From positions 35,030,001-35,094,000 of the forward strand of contig NC_087254.1 of assembly GCF_037042905.1 (NCBI RefSeq): a stretch of DNA of 64,000 nucleotides, written 5' to 3'. Positions 38,730-52,596 of this stretch are shown one piece after another. Both the position numbers and the translations under genes were made by a program. Numbering within the stretch: position 1 is the first letter of the stretch; each line of letters opens with the position of its first letter. Under the pieces are notes generated by a model. The model saw only the letters and a list, made by a program, of their open reading frames with translations. It did no database searches and had not been told where the DNA came from. The DNA comes from Lytechinus pictus (taxonomy: Eukaryota).

Positions 38730-41138
38730 TATATCACATTTCCTCCTGCATGAAATATTTTTCACAAAAGGAGCAAATGGGATAACCATATGACCGTCTC
38801 CAATGTGCGGTATGCAGACTAATATACTGACATTGTAATGTGCATGTGTATCTATTTCATATGTGTAGTGTATAAATCCAATTACAGTCTGTGCTCTTAT
38901 ACAATTGTCTTGTAAACCGTTCACTTCCTTGAAGGTCCCAGAATACTTCCTGAAAGCATTATATCCTCTGTTGGAAGGTTACATACATAATGTGTTTAAC
39001 AAGCATGTAGCTGTGCATGTTGGTAGTAAAAGGATCCTGCTCCACGGGCTGAATAATACATGTATTAAATGTACATTTGTACGGATATTCCGCATGGTAC
39101 AGTATGTAGCTTCAGGGTTTAGGCCCTCACAAAACTTTCAGGCTAGCCAGTAGCCTTGGACTACATTGTAGCTAGAATCTGGCCAGTTGCTAGCTAAAGA
39201 AAAAGCTGAATAAGCTTGGAATAGGCATGCAGAGAAATAATCAAGTGATCTCTTCATGAGCATAATTTTTATAAGCATGTACTGTTACATGAAGCTAGCT
39301 TTTAATCGCTCATAGGCTAAAATGAGCTTTAGCCGCTGGCTAGTCTCTTGTATGTATGTAGCTAGTTTTCAGCTAGTGGCATGCTTAAATATGTGTATGA
39401 CAGAAAAATAGATCTTTTACAATTACTTTCAGTGTTTTTTTCTTTTTTTCTTGAACACTGCATGTAATATGAGCAGTGCCTTGCTAGAAAAAAAGTGAAA
39501 TTATTATGACATTCTAAATAATATCACCCCTTTGTTCTTAGTAAATTATACATAAATAAAATTGTATAGGCCTAGTGGGCTAAATGTGTATATTATGAGG
39601 TAGGTATGATTTATGTAGTCTACAATAATCACCTGCATAACATTTTTAATAGGACTTTGTATATGTTACAGCAATACAAGGAGCCATAAAGGTTTCTTCA
39701 TGTACATTTCTCTTTCATCCCCATACTTCTACAGGTCGCTCTGCTACAAGCTATTAAAACAGCATGATACTTCCACATGCCAAGACTGGTACAAAATGCT
39801 TTTAGACCTTAAGAGGGGTTTCACACGCTTGCATTTTAAGTCATTGAGAATGAGAATGATCATTTGAGTTACAAGTACCGGTAACTTGAATGATCATTTG
39901 AATGATTCAGTATGAGCATGTGAATGCAAAATAGAGTAATTTAAAATGCACAATTCAAATGATGGTATCAAGGTGACATTCAAGAATGATGGAGCAAAAA
40001 AGCTGTGTGAATGCTTCAACCTGCTAAACGTAATTCTGGGGGCAGAACTTACAGTGACCTTTCAAGTTTCAACCATTTTTGTAGAAAAACATGCTATTTT
40101 CTGCTTGGTTGGTCAATTATGGCTATGCACGAGTGATTGATGGGATACTCGAAAGAAGCCACACCTCCTCTTATCAGTGCGAAACGTAAAAATGTGAAAT
40201 TTGCGAAGCCTCCTCAGCCATGTGAACGGAAGATAATCCTAGCGTCATTAAAATTAATCAGCATTCAAGTGACACATTCTGCATTTGTCTGAAACCCCTC
40301 TTAAATACCGCCCCTGACCGTCCGGACTCCCAAATCCAGTGGTGCCTGGGCGAAATTGGGTAAAAACTAGCTGCCCGGTCGCTGAGCAGGCCAATTTTGG
40401 GGGGCTGTGACCGTAACCTTACAGACAACTCTTGTGATTGATTTGGGAACCTATACCTGACTTGCAAACGATTGCAAATTTCTTGAAAGATTTAATCTGA
40501 ATTCTGAGCCTTTGGCCAATATAGTTTGATTTTTGTAACACATTTGCTAAAATGCACATGATGTAGGTGCCAATAGTTGAATGAAACAAGGATCCCCACT
40601 TTAAATGTTTTCTCCACTCTCCAGTTCCTCTAAAACATTATCATTTTGATAAAATGACACAGAGTTGTATAAAGTGTGCAAGTATTATTTGATTTGTTTT
40701 TCTTTCTTCATTTTTAGAGGTTTATATTTGTACAGGGGCTTAGGAAATATTTTCTAAGGCTGGTGCCGGTTTTAAATTTGACAAGCAAAAAAAACAAACA
40801 ACCCCCCCCCCCAAAAGAAGGGTTTTCACTCCAGAATGAAAGTGCTTTTTGTCAAGAAAAATTTGACAAGCAAAAAAAAAAATGTAAAAGCTTTTCACTA
40901 AGAAATGAAGCATCCCTGTTACCAAGGGCCATATTAATAAATTTCAAGTGTGATTTTCATTTCAGTTTTAAGACATGAGGGCATTGCTAGAGCTCTTAGA
41001 GAGTAGTAAATCAGTCCCCCTTTGAGCCTAGTGCCCCAAATATGACCTCATAATTAGCCCCATAAGCCTGTTTCATAAAATTTTGAACCAGGCCAATAAT
41101 ACATTGATTTCGGTGGGGCTATATTCAATGCACACATG

Positions 41139-41412
41139 CACTGGCGGATCTAGGGGGGGGGGTGCAAAGCTGGCATATGCCCCCCCCTTTTGAGAGGCAC
41201 AATTAGAATTTGTAATCTGAAAATGACTTTAATATAGAAGTGTGCCCCCCCCCCCTTTTGAAAGACCGTTTTTTTTTTTTTTTTTTTTTGTCAAACTTTT
41301 TTTGGGACGAAATGTCCTAAAATTTTGGTTAAAAACCTTTTTTTTTTTGCTTGTCAAATTTTTCCTCAGAAAATATGCCCCCCCCCCCTGGAAAATCCTG
41401 GATCCTGCCCTG
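41139..41412. mobile_element. hAT-type MITE
   Basis: Imperfect TIR CACTGGCGGATC / GATCCTGCCCTG, 8-bp TSD CACACATG; same family as 47451-47705. Confidence 0.8.
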
Positions 41413-42811
41413 CACACATGTATCATTACATGTACATGAAGTTCATATCTTGGGGGCCCCCATGGACTAATTAACACCATATTCACCAAATTTGGGTTGT
41501 GGGAGTCCTACATGTATTTTTTTTAGCTCTACTGAAATATGGTATCTAACATGCTGAAATGCAAAAATGGAAAATTGATGACATCACACTTTGGTACTCT
41601 ATTGACTTGAGCCTAGGGATTAAGGCTTAGCCTGTCAAAGGCCGGGGACTTTGTATTAAAAAAAATGTACATTTTGAGTAAATGAAATATCAAAGGGACA
41701 AAACCTTTGAAATAAAAAATGCAGAAAAAATAATAAAAAATATTGGTGAAGGTTTGAGGAAAATCCATCAAAGAATAAAAACAAGTTTAGAATTTTAATT
41801 ATTTGAATTGTAACAACATATGTGAGCAGCTTTCCAACATATTGTATAGTAAAAAATCAATGAAATGTAATTTTCTCGGAAAATCGAAGATGGAGTATAT
41901 CAATCAATGAAGACAAACTATCATTCCACGCCCATTCACCCCCCCCAAAAAAAAAAGAAACATAAGTCATCAAGAACCACTAAAAAAATGGAAATGCATT
42001 TTATACTGAAGTTAGCGACCAAAAGATTTGCCTAGCCTGCGGCAGCTCACCCGTCTGTATGCCACTGCAAGTTCGCATAATTTTCGTTGTCAACTTCAGC
42101 CCAAATCAAAATTGCGACAAAGCTATGTCTGAGAATTCGGATGTCAAAAAAAGAACCTGAAATACAGCCGTTCCTGATCGTGATGATCGAAAAATCGGTG
42201 GGCATATGGACCTTGAAATGTAACTGAGGGAATTGCTGACGTGTGCGAACAATCACTGGTGGTGAGGTATGCTGGTAATCGGCCGGTACGAAACTGCATT
42301 AGCACCGCGCCAGCATCTCCTGTCTTGACAAATTAACTAGACGAAATTCGCATTCCTGAAACTAAATCCCTGGCGTTATCACGCAGCACACAACACACAG
42401 GCAAGGCAAGAGTAGCCAGGCGGCTTCTAGAGAGTAAAAATCATTTACTAACGTAAGGTTACTCTCATACGAAGCCAGGCCTTCTATCTCATAGACCCAC
42501 ACAGAGCCAGCCAAAACCTGAAACTTTCACCCCCGAGATTTCTACTTTCCTTCTAAAAGATCTAGCTCAAATCATGTACATGGGATAAAACTTAATTTCC
42601 GACATTTCTACGCTCTCGTTGTTATTTTTAAAACAAGAATTCATCAAAAAAATGAAAAAATATTGTGAAAAGACGGAAGAGACTTGCCCGATGTTTACGC
42701 CGCCATCTTGTTTCTTATTGTACTTCCCCAACGTTACGCGACGCTCGCGTCCGTAACGTTGGGGAAGTACAATAAGAAACAAGATGTATGAGAGTAACCT
42801 TACGTTAGTAA

Positions 42812-45792
42812 TAGAGGTGGGCTATAGAGGGTGACATTTTCAGAACATGCTCATCACACCTTAGTTTGATGAATCAGTGCACACTGACACCATAATCAGA
42901 AAAAAAAATGAAAAAAATCCGAAATCCAGGGTGCCCCGGCCGAAAAACCCGAAAATCCAAGATGGCCGCCGGATTGCCTAAAAAAACATGTTTTTGGCCA
43001 TAACTCAGTCATTTTTTCATCCCTTAGCCTAGTTTTGGTGTCTAACCTATGTTTTGGGGGTCACTGAACCCATTTATAGTATTCATTTTTATATATTAGT
43101 ATTAAAATTCATGTTATATCAGTATTTAATCAAATTTCTACTTATTTCCCCAATATGCGAATTCTTACAATATTGATTCCAATAGATGACGTGTGCATCA
43201 CAATTAACAGTTTAAGCCTTCCTTTTTTCCCTTCTTGTCTCATGCCCATTATCCCAAATTTTATATCCACTTTGTTTTGTTTGTAAGTATGCACAAGTAG
43301 TTACAGCACAGCTCCCTTCATCACCGCATGTAATGTACATGTATCACTATTACCACTCGAGCTCCTCATTACTACAAACATCAAATAGCACCATCGCTTA
43401 ACAGTCAGCACATCCTAGCTTCTACATTTGTTGTGTGTGACCCACACATGTGAGGATTTTGATGCAGGCAATATCTCTACCCTTGTTCAGCATGAAGTCA
43501 AGTTAATAGGGCTTCGTGAAAAATTAATTGCATACATGCCGACCCTGAAATCCTTCCTCAAGAAGAGTGTGGTCATAGCAGCATTACAGGCACTGACAAA
43601 ACTAGTAAGTTATGACGGACACAAATCATCCATGTAGGAGACCTTCGAGTGTGAAGTTGCATCTGCAGGCAAAACAAGAACAGCCTCTTCAATGAACATC
43701 GATTTGCTCTTATGGCATACACTGCTGCAGCCATTCTATATCACATCCCGGAGTATGAGGCAACATTGCAGAACACCAAATCCAAGTTCAAGCCTGCCAT
43801 CTGTACCTTGAGTGTGACTTAATCGTGATAGTATTGAAGGTATTGGCCTGGTTCACATACTGCATAATCCTCCCATTCCTTAACATGGTAGAAGTCAGCT
43901 CACAGAATGATCTAGTGACCATCATCCCATGTCTTCATGATGATCTGCTGAATAACAAGACAGACACACTCTCTTCATACACGGTTCCATACTCTTTCCA
44001 AGTTGAAAAACCTGAGAAACTGTAGGCGTGTATTTGCAGCAAATGTGTCAGCAAGCTGCCAAAGATTTTAGCCACTCAGAGAGGATGTGAGTATGGATAT
44101 CAGCAAACGGCAGAAATACGTTTGGCAGAACCTAGAGCAACTTAACTCCACAAACTCACACAAGAAGATCTCACCAATCTACCTTCAAACAATTTGCAGT
44201 GTGAGTAGGATCTGTCAAATTTTGACAAACTAGCAAAGCAGTCTGCTGCTGCTTCCAATAGAAACTTCACTACCAAGAGTATTTGAGATGATATGACCTT
44301 AAACAAGGCTGGTGTAGTTACTGGAAAAAGTGACCCATAACATTGCAGAAGTGTTGGATAAGAGTGAGCAGAAATGGGTGGAAGAGCAAAACATCCTCTC
44401 TTGGGAAAAGCTTCAGCGGAATGTGGCCCAAGCGGTAGAGTACCGGGTGTGTGCATAGGCTGTTACAGAAATGTAAAAAATGGGGAGGTCAATTAAGAAA
44501 CGTTGATGAGCTTCAGGAATGCCTGGATACCCAAAATTCAACCAAGCTTAAAACTATGTTACGTGCAGAGCTGTCATATCGCAGACACATATCCCATCTA
44601 GATTACTTGGTACGCCCACACTTGTATAAGGTCAACCAACTATGTGAAACAGAAATGAAGGTGAACTTGACTCTTCTATTGACTGGAGGAGAGTCTGATA
44701 ATCTCCCTGCCCCTGATCTGCCTACTGAAGATGACATGCATTCAATCTAAAGCCACCCAATGGGATCACATAGCCAACTGCCCATTCCAACCTTGAAGAA
44801 AATACTGACAAAGAAGTGGGCATCAATGAGTTCTGCAGTGTGATATGGGATTATGACGATGAACGAAACTGGTACCTTGGTATGTGTCGAGACCAACATC
44901 ATGAGGGATATGAGATCGAGCACATGGAAAAAGACTTCTAAGATTGAAAGGGACAGATCAGCATTAGCACTGGAGATGGCCAAAGCATGCTCATGTACAG
45001 ACAGTACTGCCGATGTAGATTCTTCCATGTAATGTAATTGGCTCATGGGATACATCTTCCAGCAGAAACATTACATTTGTGCTTGACAATTGGCATATCA
45101 TAGAAAGCTAATTCAAGTCATTTTCCAAATAAAAAAGTGGAATTTTATAATACTCTCTGACTAGAGGTCTGATGATCAAACAATTGGTACTTTAAAGCAG
45201 ATACAGTATTAGAACTGTGCCTGCCGACTCGGAATTCACCAGCCAGATATAGGTTTCTGGGTGCGCGACACAGTCATGTATGAAGGTTATTTGTATATTT
45301 CTCGCTGTACTGTTTAAAGTACAAAAAAACACTTTTCGTAGCTAGAGTATATTATTAAGGGTATCATAGCTAACATGACTTGAAGAAAATACAGAAAATA
45401 AAATACAAAATTTGCGGTTGGGGTAGGGGTGAAGGAGAAGGAAAATTTAACATTAAATATGGGGAAAATGTGAGTATTATGTAGAAGAATAGGTTTTACA
45501 CCAAAAATATCATTATATTCAGTTTCTTTGACCCCTAAAACATAGGGTTAGACACCAAAACTATTACAATAGACAAAAAAATGACTGAGTTACAGCCAAA
45601 AATTTCTTTTTTTAGGCGAAACGGCGGCCATCTTGGATTTTTTACGATTGCGGTCAGGGCACCCCGGATTTTACATTTTTTTCATTTTTTTTTTCAAAAG
45701 TGGTGTCAGTAGGCACAAAGTCATCAAACTAGGGTGTGATGAGCATGTTCTGAAAATGTGACCTAAATTTGACCCTCTATAGCCCACCTCTA
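42812..45792 (+). mobile_element. Decayed hAT-like DNA transposon (~3 kb) with long TIRs and a transposase remnant
   Basis: TIR TAGAGGTGGGCTATAGAGGGT extending imperfectly ~260 bp; TTAGTAA directly repeated on both flanks; broken ORFs with CxxH (CVTH) and a PSNNLQCE*DLS motif. Confidence 0.8.
43380..45110 (+). pseudogene. Transposase pseudogene (stops and frameshifts)
   Basis: Collinear plus-strand ORF fragments 43428-43637, 43825-44025, 44451-44750 between the TIRs; boundaries approximate. Confidence 0.65.
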
Positions 45793-46221
45793 TTAGTAAA
45801 TGATTTTTACTCTCTAGAAGCCGCCTGGCTAGGCAAGCCAATACTATAGGCAATAGGCAAGATCATCGATCAAGAACATCCCAAAATTCAAAAATATGAA
45901 GACGCAAGTTGAAATTAAATTCACCATGTATTGAATTTCATTTTCAACTATCTTCTTTGCCTCCTAATAATATTTTATGTGTATGGTTCCTGATCCTGTC
46001 CTGGAATAATTTGCATGCAATGCCAATGAAATGAATGCCAATGCAATGCCATGCCCATGCCATGGCCATGGCAATGCAGAGAGCAGGAGGCGACATCACA
46101 AGCGCGAGCGGCTAGCGAGGCCGGGGTCGGGGAGACAAAAAAAAAAAAAAAAAAAACACACGTAAATATCAAAGGAGACAAAGGGAAATGCAAGAAGGAA
46201 ATCAATGGTAGGTCTACTTAC

Positions 46222-46460
46222 AATCTAGATATATAAATGTCACAAAATTTTCAAGGCCTCGCCTCGTACCGGTTCTCGATGTCAGACTCCTTTGATGCTG
46301 TGACTGTAAGCATGCAGTGCTAATGCAGACTTCGAAACCAGCTAATAGTAATAGCTTCGGCGAACCAGCGCCAGAACGTCCGGCCGATACAGCAAGTGAG
46401 GACCGGTATCCTTTTTTCAATAATACTTCCGTGTTGTCTAACACAGGGAGAGTGAGGGCA
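46222..46460 (-). promoter_or_regulatory. Candidate RhoGDI non-coding first exon and promoter
   Basis: CpG-enriched unique sequence with a strong GTAAGT donor at 46216-46221 and an ETS-like CGGAAGT near 46425; the upstream boundary is approximate. Confidence 0.45.
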
Positions 46461-47000
46461 GTCATCTGCGGACAATGATTAGATTATTTCCTGCTGTTGC
46501 TATTTTTATTTTATTTGTCTCTAAACTTTTATGATGGATTTAAATGCTTTGACGCATATATACTTTAAAATACGACATTGAATAATATATTTGTAGTTTT
46601 AGACTTATTTATTTGCTTAATTTGAATTCATATTTATGTAAATTTATGAGTAAAGAAATAATACAGCATTGAAAAAAGATATGAGACGGAAATATCTGGA
46701 ATGATTTTTTAAGAGGAAAAGCAAATAGGAAAATAAGAAGGGGAAAATGCTATGCCTAAAACTAAATATGACCACACCAATCCCAGCCCCAAACAACTCT
46801 ACAGGCCCAGTTCAATAAACAAGGAAACATATACCTCAAACTTTGAAAGTGATTGCTGAAACTTTTTTTAATATGAAATTTGTCATATAAATACAATACA
46901 CACTCCTCTTCATTAATTCGTTCGCCAAGACTCAGGACGTGTTATTTCTTATCAACATAAAGCGTTTTATGCTTTTAGGTCCGAAAAAGTGGAGCAATTT

Positions 47001-47161
47001 CAGGGGCCGTGGAACGGTTTTCAAAGTGGGGGGGGGGGGGGGGGGGGGGGCTGACCATGCAAAAAATCACAATCATATGTTCATTTTTACGTTTTTGTAC
47101 ACGGTTTTGGAAAAAAAGTAGGGGCTGAAGCCCGCCCCCCCCCCCACTTCCGCAGCCCCTG
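47001..47161. mobile_element. Short poly-G MITE
   Basis: Ends CAGGGGCCGTGGAA / TTCCGCAGCCCCTG, with AATTT on both flanks. Confidence 0.65.
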
Positions 47162-47450
47162 AATTTAACTAAAGACATGCATCAGAAATGTACCATCTTT
47201 GGATTGCTGTGAGACAAAACTTAAGTAAAAACTTACATCCAGTCCCTACATTGAGAGAAATGCTTAGTATAGTTGTGGATTGATTGGTTGGACGATTTAT
47301 TTTTCTTATTTGTTTTTCCCTTGTTATGTAACATACTTTGTATGAATAGTTTTTTTTTTTTAATGTATCATGTGTTCATAATTGTTCTTTATGTCACGGT
47401 GCACTCGTCACAAGCACTGCTTACAGAGTTGCTACCGTATACCTCCATTG

Positions 47451-47705
47451 CACTGGCGGATCCGGGGGGGGGGGGGGCACAGCAGACCCGTGCCCCTTTT
47501 GAAAGGCACAATTAAAATTTGTAATGTTATCCCGTTAAAACAGGAGTGTGCCCCCTTTTTAAAGTGAAGACCCTTTTTTTTTTGCTTTTCAATTATTTTG
47601 TGGACAAAATTACCTTAATTATTGGTTAAAACCCTTTTTTAAAACTTTTTTTTTCCTCAGGAAAATGTGCCCCCCCACTTTCGAAAATTTCTGGATCCGC
47701 CCCTG
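47451..47705. mobile_element. hAT-type MITE
   Basis: Ends CACTGGCGGATCC / GGATCCGCCCCTG; internal similarity to 41139-41412. Confidence 0.75.
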
Positions 47706-48433
47706 TATTGTATTGTATTAATGCTTTTATCTTTGGAAATAAATGTTGAATTGAATGACTAACCTGTTGATGGGCATAATAACAAATCAATATTAAACTA
47801 ATTCTTTACGTACAAGCCATTATTTGCTGAAACTTATTTGGATAATCGATCTTTTATATACATTTGCTCGCACGGCCGTACACAATATCTTTTTGGGTGG
47901 GGGGGGGGGGGGTAATAGGGTAACCCCCATCCCGGTTCCCTGAGTCCCCATTTCTGTAGTTTAGCCACACCCAAAATCCTGAAATTCATTGCAAGGAAAC
48001 ACTAAATATATATAGGGCCTATATATTTGTTTGGAATTTCGAATTCCTTTGAATTGCATAAACACCAAAGTGACTATAATGGGGTACTCCAGGCTGAAAA
48101 TAAATTTGATATGAACAGATAAAGAAAAAAAAAACAGACAAGCAATATTAATACACTGAAAATTTGATCAAAATCGGACAAGGAATAAGAAAGTTATGAC
48201 ATTTTAAAGATTTCCATTATTTCGGTGAAACAGTTCTTTGCATGTCGATTCATTATGATGATGTCACATCCTCACTTGTTCTTTTGTATTTCATTATATG
48301 AAATTACGTTTAGGCCTATACAATTTGTTTCCCCAATAAATAAAAGAAGGTTGGATTGACATCTGATTTAATGCATTTATAGGTATTCATTGCTGCAACT
48401 TAAGGGAGACTTAAGGGGATGATGTCATCGGTC

Positions 48434-49728
48434 CAGTGGCGTAGCTACGGGGGGGGGGCTGGGGGACACGTGCCCCCCTGAGATTTGGTGTGCCCCCCCC
48501 CCCGGGTGCCCCCCCTGAAAAAATTGGCGGAGCAAAAAAAAAGAGAAAGAAGAAAAAGAAGATGAAAATAAGAGGAGGAAGACGAATGAGACTTGCAAAA
48601 CAAAAAAATCTTTCATGTTACTAAATAAAATTTTCGCTCGCGCTTCACGCTCGAATTTCCTGTTCGATGAGATTCATATCTTGCTCAATATGCTGATATG
48701 GAGCTTAAAATATCAAGTTTTGAAGTCAATATACAAAACATATTTCATCTCGAACATCGAGCTTTCATTATCTTTTTTCATTTACAAATTTAATGCACTC
48801 TGTAAAATGTCCGTTAATATGGTTTACACAATTATCAACATTTTAAGCTCACGCTGCGTGGTGCATTATTTGATTTGCCAAGTTCCTTGTCTTCGTGTAT
48901 TCCATAAAAATCTCAAACTATCAATTTTCAGATGTGACTGTCAAAACGTAGGCCTATTTTTTAATTTTTTTAATGAGATAGCCTGCATGTTCTTTATTTA
49001 AGATATGCTTATCCAGTTTCAGATAAGAATATCAATAATTATCAATGATACCCAATTAACCATATCCTATTCATAATTTACAAAATATGAATAGAGTGTC
49101 CCGCTTTTAGGTCTAAAATCTTAATTATCTTCCGCTCGCGCTTCGCGCTCGCATCAATTGTTTAGTTACATACCTATCCCATTTATGATTACAAAAAGTG
49201 CTTAGAATGTCCATTTTTTTTAGGTCGAAATGTCAATAAGTTTTAGCTCGCGCTTCGCGCTCCCATTATTGAAATATGTACCGTACTCGTGGGTAGCTGT
49301 AAAAAGTCCTTAACAGGTCTGTTTCCGATCATGCTAGAACATTTATTAAAAATTTCTGCTCGTGCTTCGCGTTTGCAGTAATTATCTAGTTACATACACA
49401 TCTTGTTCAGGATCACAAACAGTGCCCAGAATGTTCAATTTTCAGGGCAAAATAAAAGAAAGATAAAAAAAATTCGCTCACGCTTCGCGCTCGCACTTTT
49501 TATATAGGGCTTATGGGATTATTTTATATTTAGGTTGTTTTATAAGAATAAAGCTAAGAAGTGACTGATCGGGGAAAATGTAGGTAAAGATAATTTCGGG
49601 CCCCAGCCCCAGTCGGATCTGCCCTTGTGACATAGTATATACACACACACACAGAAAAAAATGTTGCCCCCCTGAAAAAGCAAGGACCCCCCAGTGCCCC
49701 CAGTAAAAAAATCCTAGCTACGCCACTG
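48434..49728. mobile_element. hAT-type non-autonomous element nested in a Kolobok-like element (host about 48080-49917)
   Basis: Perfect TIR CAGTGGCGTAGCTA, 8-bp TSD CATCGGTC, internal GCTCGCGCTTCGCGCTCGC repeats; host ends ...CTTGTCCT|TTAA. Confidence 0.88.
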
Positions 49729-51032
49729 CATCGGTCCCCTCATTTGCATGACGACCAGGATGTGCATATAACTGTTTTGAAAAATTAAGCGAAACTTTAA
49801 AATGTTATAACTCTCTTATTTTAATTCCGATTTTGATGAAATTTTCAGTGTTATGTTTGTTTGATTTTTCTCTTTCTATTCAAATCAGCTTTTAGTTGGG
49901 GTGGACTTGTCCTTTAAGGATAGGCCTACATTCATCTTGGCCGAGCAAGATTCTGAGATGGGATGCTAGCTCACATTCAAAATACCAGAGGGTGGGGACA
50001 CAGTAGGCCATGTCCCCAAATATTTCGATGTCTTATATTTCGGGTGGTGTATTTCTCGACAAAAGTATCCGCCTTTTCCTAAATATCTACAATGCTTTAT
50101 AACACGCGCCTCTTCAGGTCTGAATATTAAAATTTAAAATTTCTAATGGTTCACGATGTTCTAATAGACCCTATATTATTTTCGAAAGAGCGTGTAAGAA
50201 ATAATGTTCATGTAATTGTTATCGGATGGTGAGGCCTATCACAGATTTGTCTAACATTTTTCTAAGAATGTTACGTACCAAGAATACGTTTATATGTCTT
50301 TAACCCTAATAGGGGGATGCACTTTTCGCTCATACTGGCTATACATATCTCTCATTCATTGATGTATTTTTGTTAAACATTCTTAGATCCATAGCTCTGT
50401 ATTTCCCCAAATCTTAATTTTTATTAAACCAACTAGACCTCACCTGCCCACGATGATCCTCTCAGATCAGAACTTTATATTAGGCACTTCTCATCATTGC
50501 CTGTCCGTTTCTCTCAAAGTTTCAATTATTCTTAATGATCCCCGACTATTCCGAGGATCTGTTTAGTGTAGTATACAATTAAAAATGTGTTTTATGGCCC
50601 ATGACATGATGACTTGGTCATACATACATCGATAGTTAAAAAAATATTTTGAAGCTATCCTATAATAAAATCACGCTCTAATTGTTTTTTGTGCATCAGA
50701 TTATCATATTCAGACTAAACAAACAATGCCCCAAATCGAAAATGCCCATTGTAACGATGACATAGAAAATAATGATAAAGATAATTTGCAGTCCTTGTGT
50801 TCACATTAATTGAATAGATTTTTATTATTCACGAGTAACCTATGGACATGAAGCAGGCCTGCTCATGGTGACGGTGTCATGAGTTCATAATATATTTCAA
50901 ATGTATATATACACGAAATAATTATGTTCTACGTCAAGGAAAGGAAATAACAAACAAACTAATCAAAGAATGATCTGAGAACACTATTTAGTTTCACTCT
51001 AACTAGTTTCGTATGTATCTATATTTCTTTTT

Positions 51033-51075
51033 ATCCCTGACGAAGACGTGAGGTTTGCGTCGAAAATTTGGAGAA
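51033..51075 (+). ncRNA. Minimal hammerhead-ribozyme-like motif (Penelope-type relic)
   Basis: CUGACGA-A-GACG[loop]CGUC-GAAA core followed by AATAAA about 20 nt downstream; stems I and III are weak. Confidence 0.4.
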
Positions 51076-52596
51076 TACGTGGAAATAAACTATAGTTGGA
51101 ACTGCAATGCATTACCTCTTTGTCTCTTATTTTATATATATATATAGTATTATACTTTACTTTGATTTAAAGTAAATTGTTTAGGACCTTACATGAAAAT
51201 GTGCGGGGGGAGCTAGGAGGGGGAGGGGATCCTTATGTACATGTTAGCATATTTAGAAAATAAAATAAATACGTACGAATATTGTCCGCTTTACCGTCGG
51301 TTTCACGGCAAACCCCAACAAGCACACCAAAGTGGTTTTTCAACATGACTTTATATACACGCGCCACACAAAGACTCTCTTTCCAAGACTCTTTTATTCA
51401 AATTTCATTAAAATAAACAACATCTCATTTAAACGTTTCAAATTAAACAATTTATATTGTATAGCACCCTCATCTCTTTTTTTAATAGCATAATCATTTA
51501 CATCGTAAGAAAAACAAAGATACCATTTACTATAAGTTAAAGTAGAAACGAACCAGCCACCCTCAATAGCGCCACCATAAGTCCACACCTACTCACATCT
51601 GGCCGCAGCATAATCCAGCATTCTTAGCGGAGAAGTGTTGCAACAACAAATGATAGGCCAATTTGAATGATAACACACTATTTCACCACTCGATACATTT
51701 ATACCACACTAAATATGTTACCAAGTAACAAAACAATTAGGGGCCTACACTCTAAAAAATGAAGTGCTAATTTAGCACTTCTATGTAAGATTAACCATTA
51801 ATGAATAACACACAATCAGCGATAGACCACACAAAGTGTCGGTCACTTTGCACCTCTTTAAGTCATCCAACCCTTCAAAAAATGTTGATATATGACATTT
51901 CATTTTCAGAGTGGATACTTAGGACCTAAAAAGCCCTTACGAAAACGAAAGAAACAAAACAAAGGAAACTTGAATCCCATTAGTATATGTGGACATGTAC
52001 CTACGAGCGGCTCGTCGAATTTCTATGAAGATCTCTAAATACAAAATAATACACACTAGCTGGTAAAGTGTAGTTTATGGCGACGTGTGATGCCACAAGT
52101 GTCAGGGAAAGATCAGTTTGTTGGAATATATTTATTTGTGATGTTTAAGTCACAGGTGGAGCCACATGCGGCCATTCGAGTAATTTCAAATCATATTCGA
52201 AGAAATATTTCAACATTCATTTATGCTTTCATCCCGTATACAAGCAAATAATGAGTCCACTCTTAATCTGACCAGAGGCAGCTAAAAGTAATTTGTCATT
52301 ACAAAAATCATTATTCATTTGGTATGTTTTGATTTTGATTGGCTGAGAAGCACTGTCACTATGGTAACTGTCGGATAAAACGACAAGTCTTTCCATGAAA
52401 CGCTCCCCAGTAAGTTAGTAGCTTGGCAGGATTTTTTGTTGGTTTACAATCTGAAAAAAAGCCACTGAAGCAGAGGTCTATGCTTAATATATTATTTGTA
52501 TTAGCGGCATCAAACATGTCTTCAAAGGAAATGAATACCCATGTTCTATAACAATGGACTTATCCATGATTCAACAAAGTTTTACAACCAGCATCA

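Larger units (their letters stand above)
42415..45829. mobile_element. Host MITE (~55-bp TIRs) split by a nested transposon
   Basis: Left TIR GCCAGGCGGCTTCTAGAGAGTAAAAATCATTTACTAACGTAAGGTTACTCTCATAC; its complement is split between 42786-42811 and 45793-45829; TA flanks. Confidence 0.85.

Noticed and set aside
48615-49001. 128-aa ORF inside the hAT-type element
   Set aside because: Low-complexity AT-rich translation with no transposase motifs
50290-50620. Possible decayed Penelope endonuclease fragment on the minus strand
   Set aside because: Too degraded to support without a homology search, and opposite in orientation to the hammerhead-like motif
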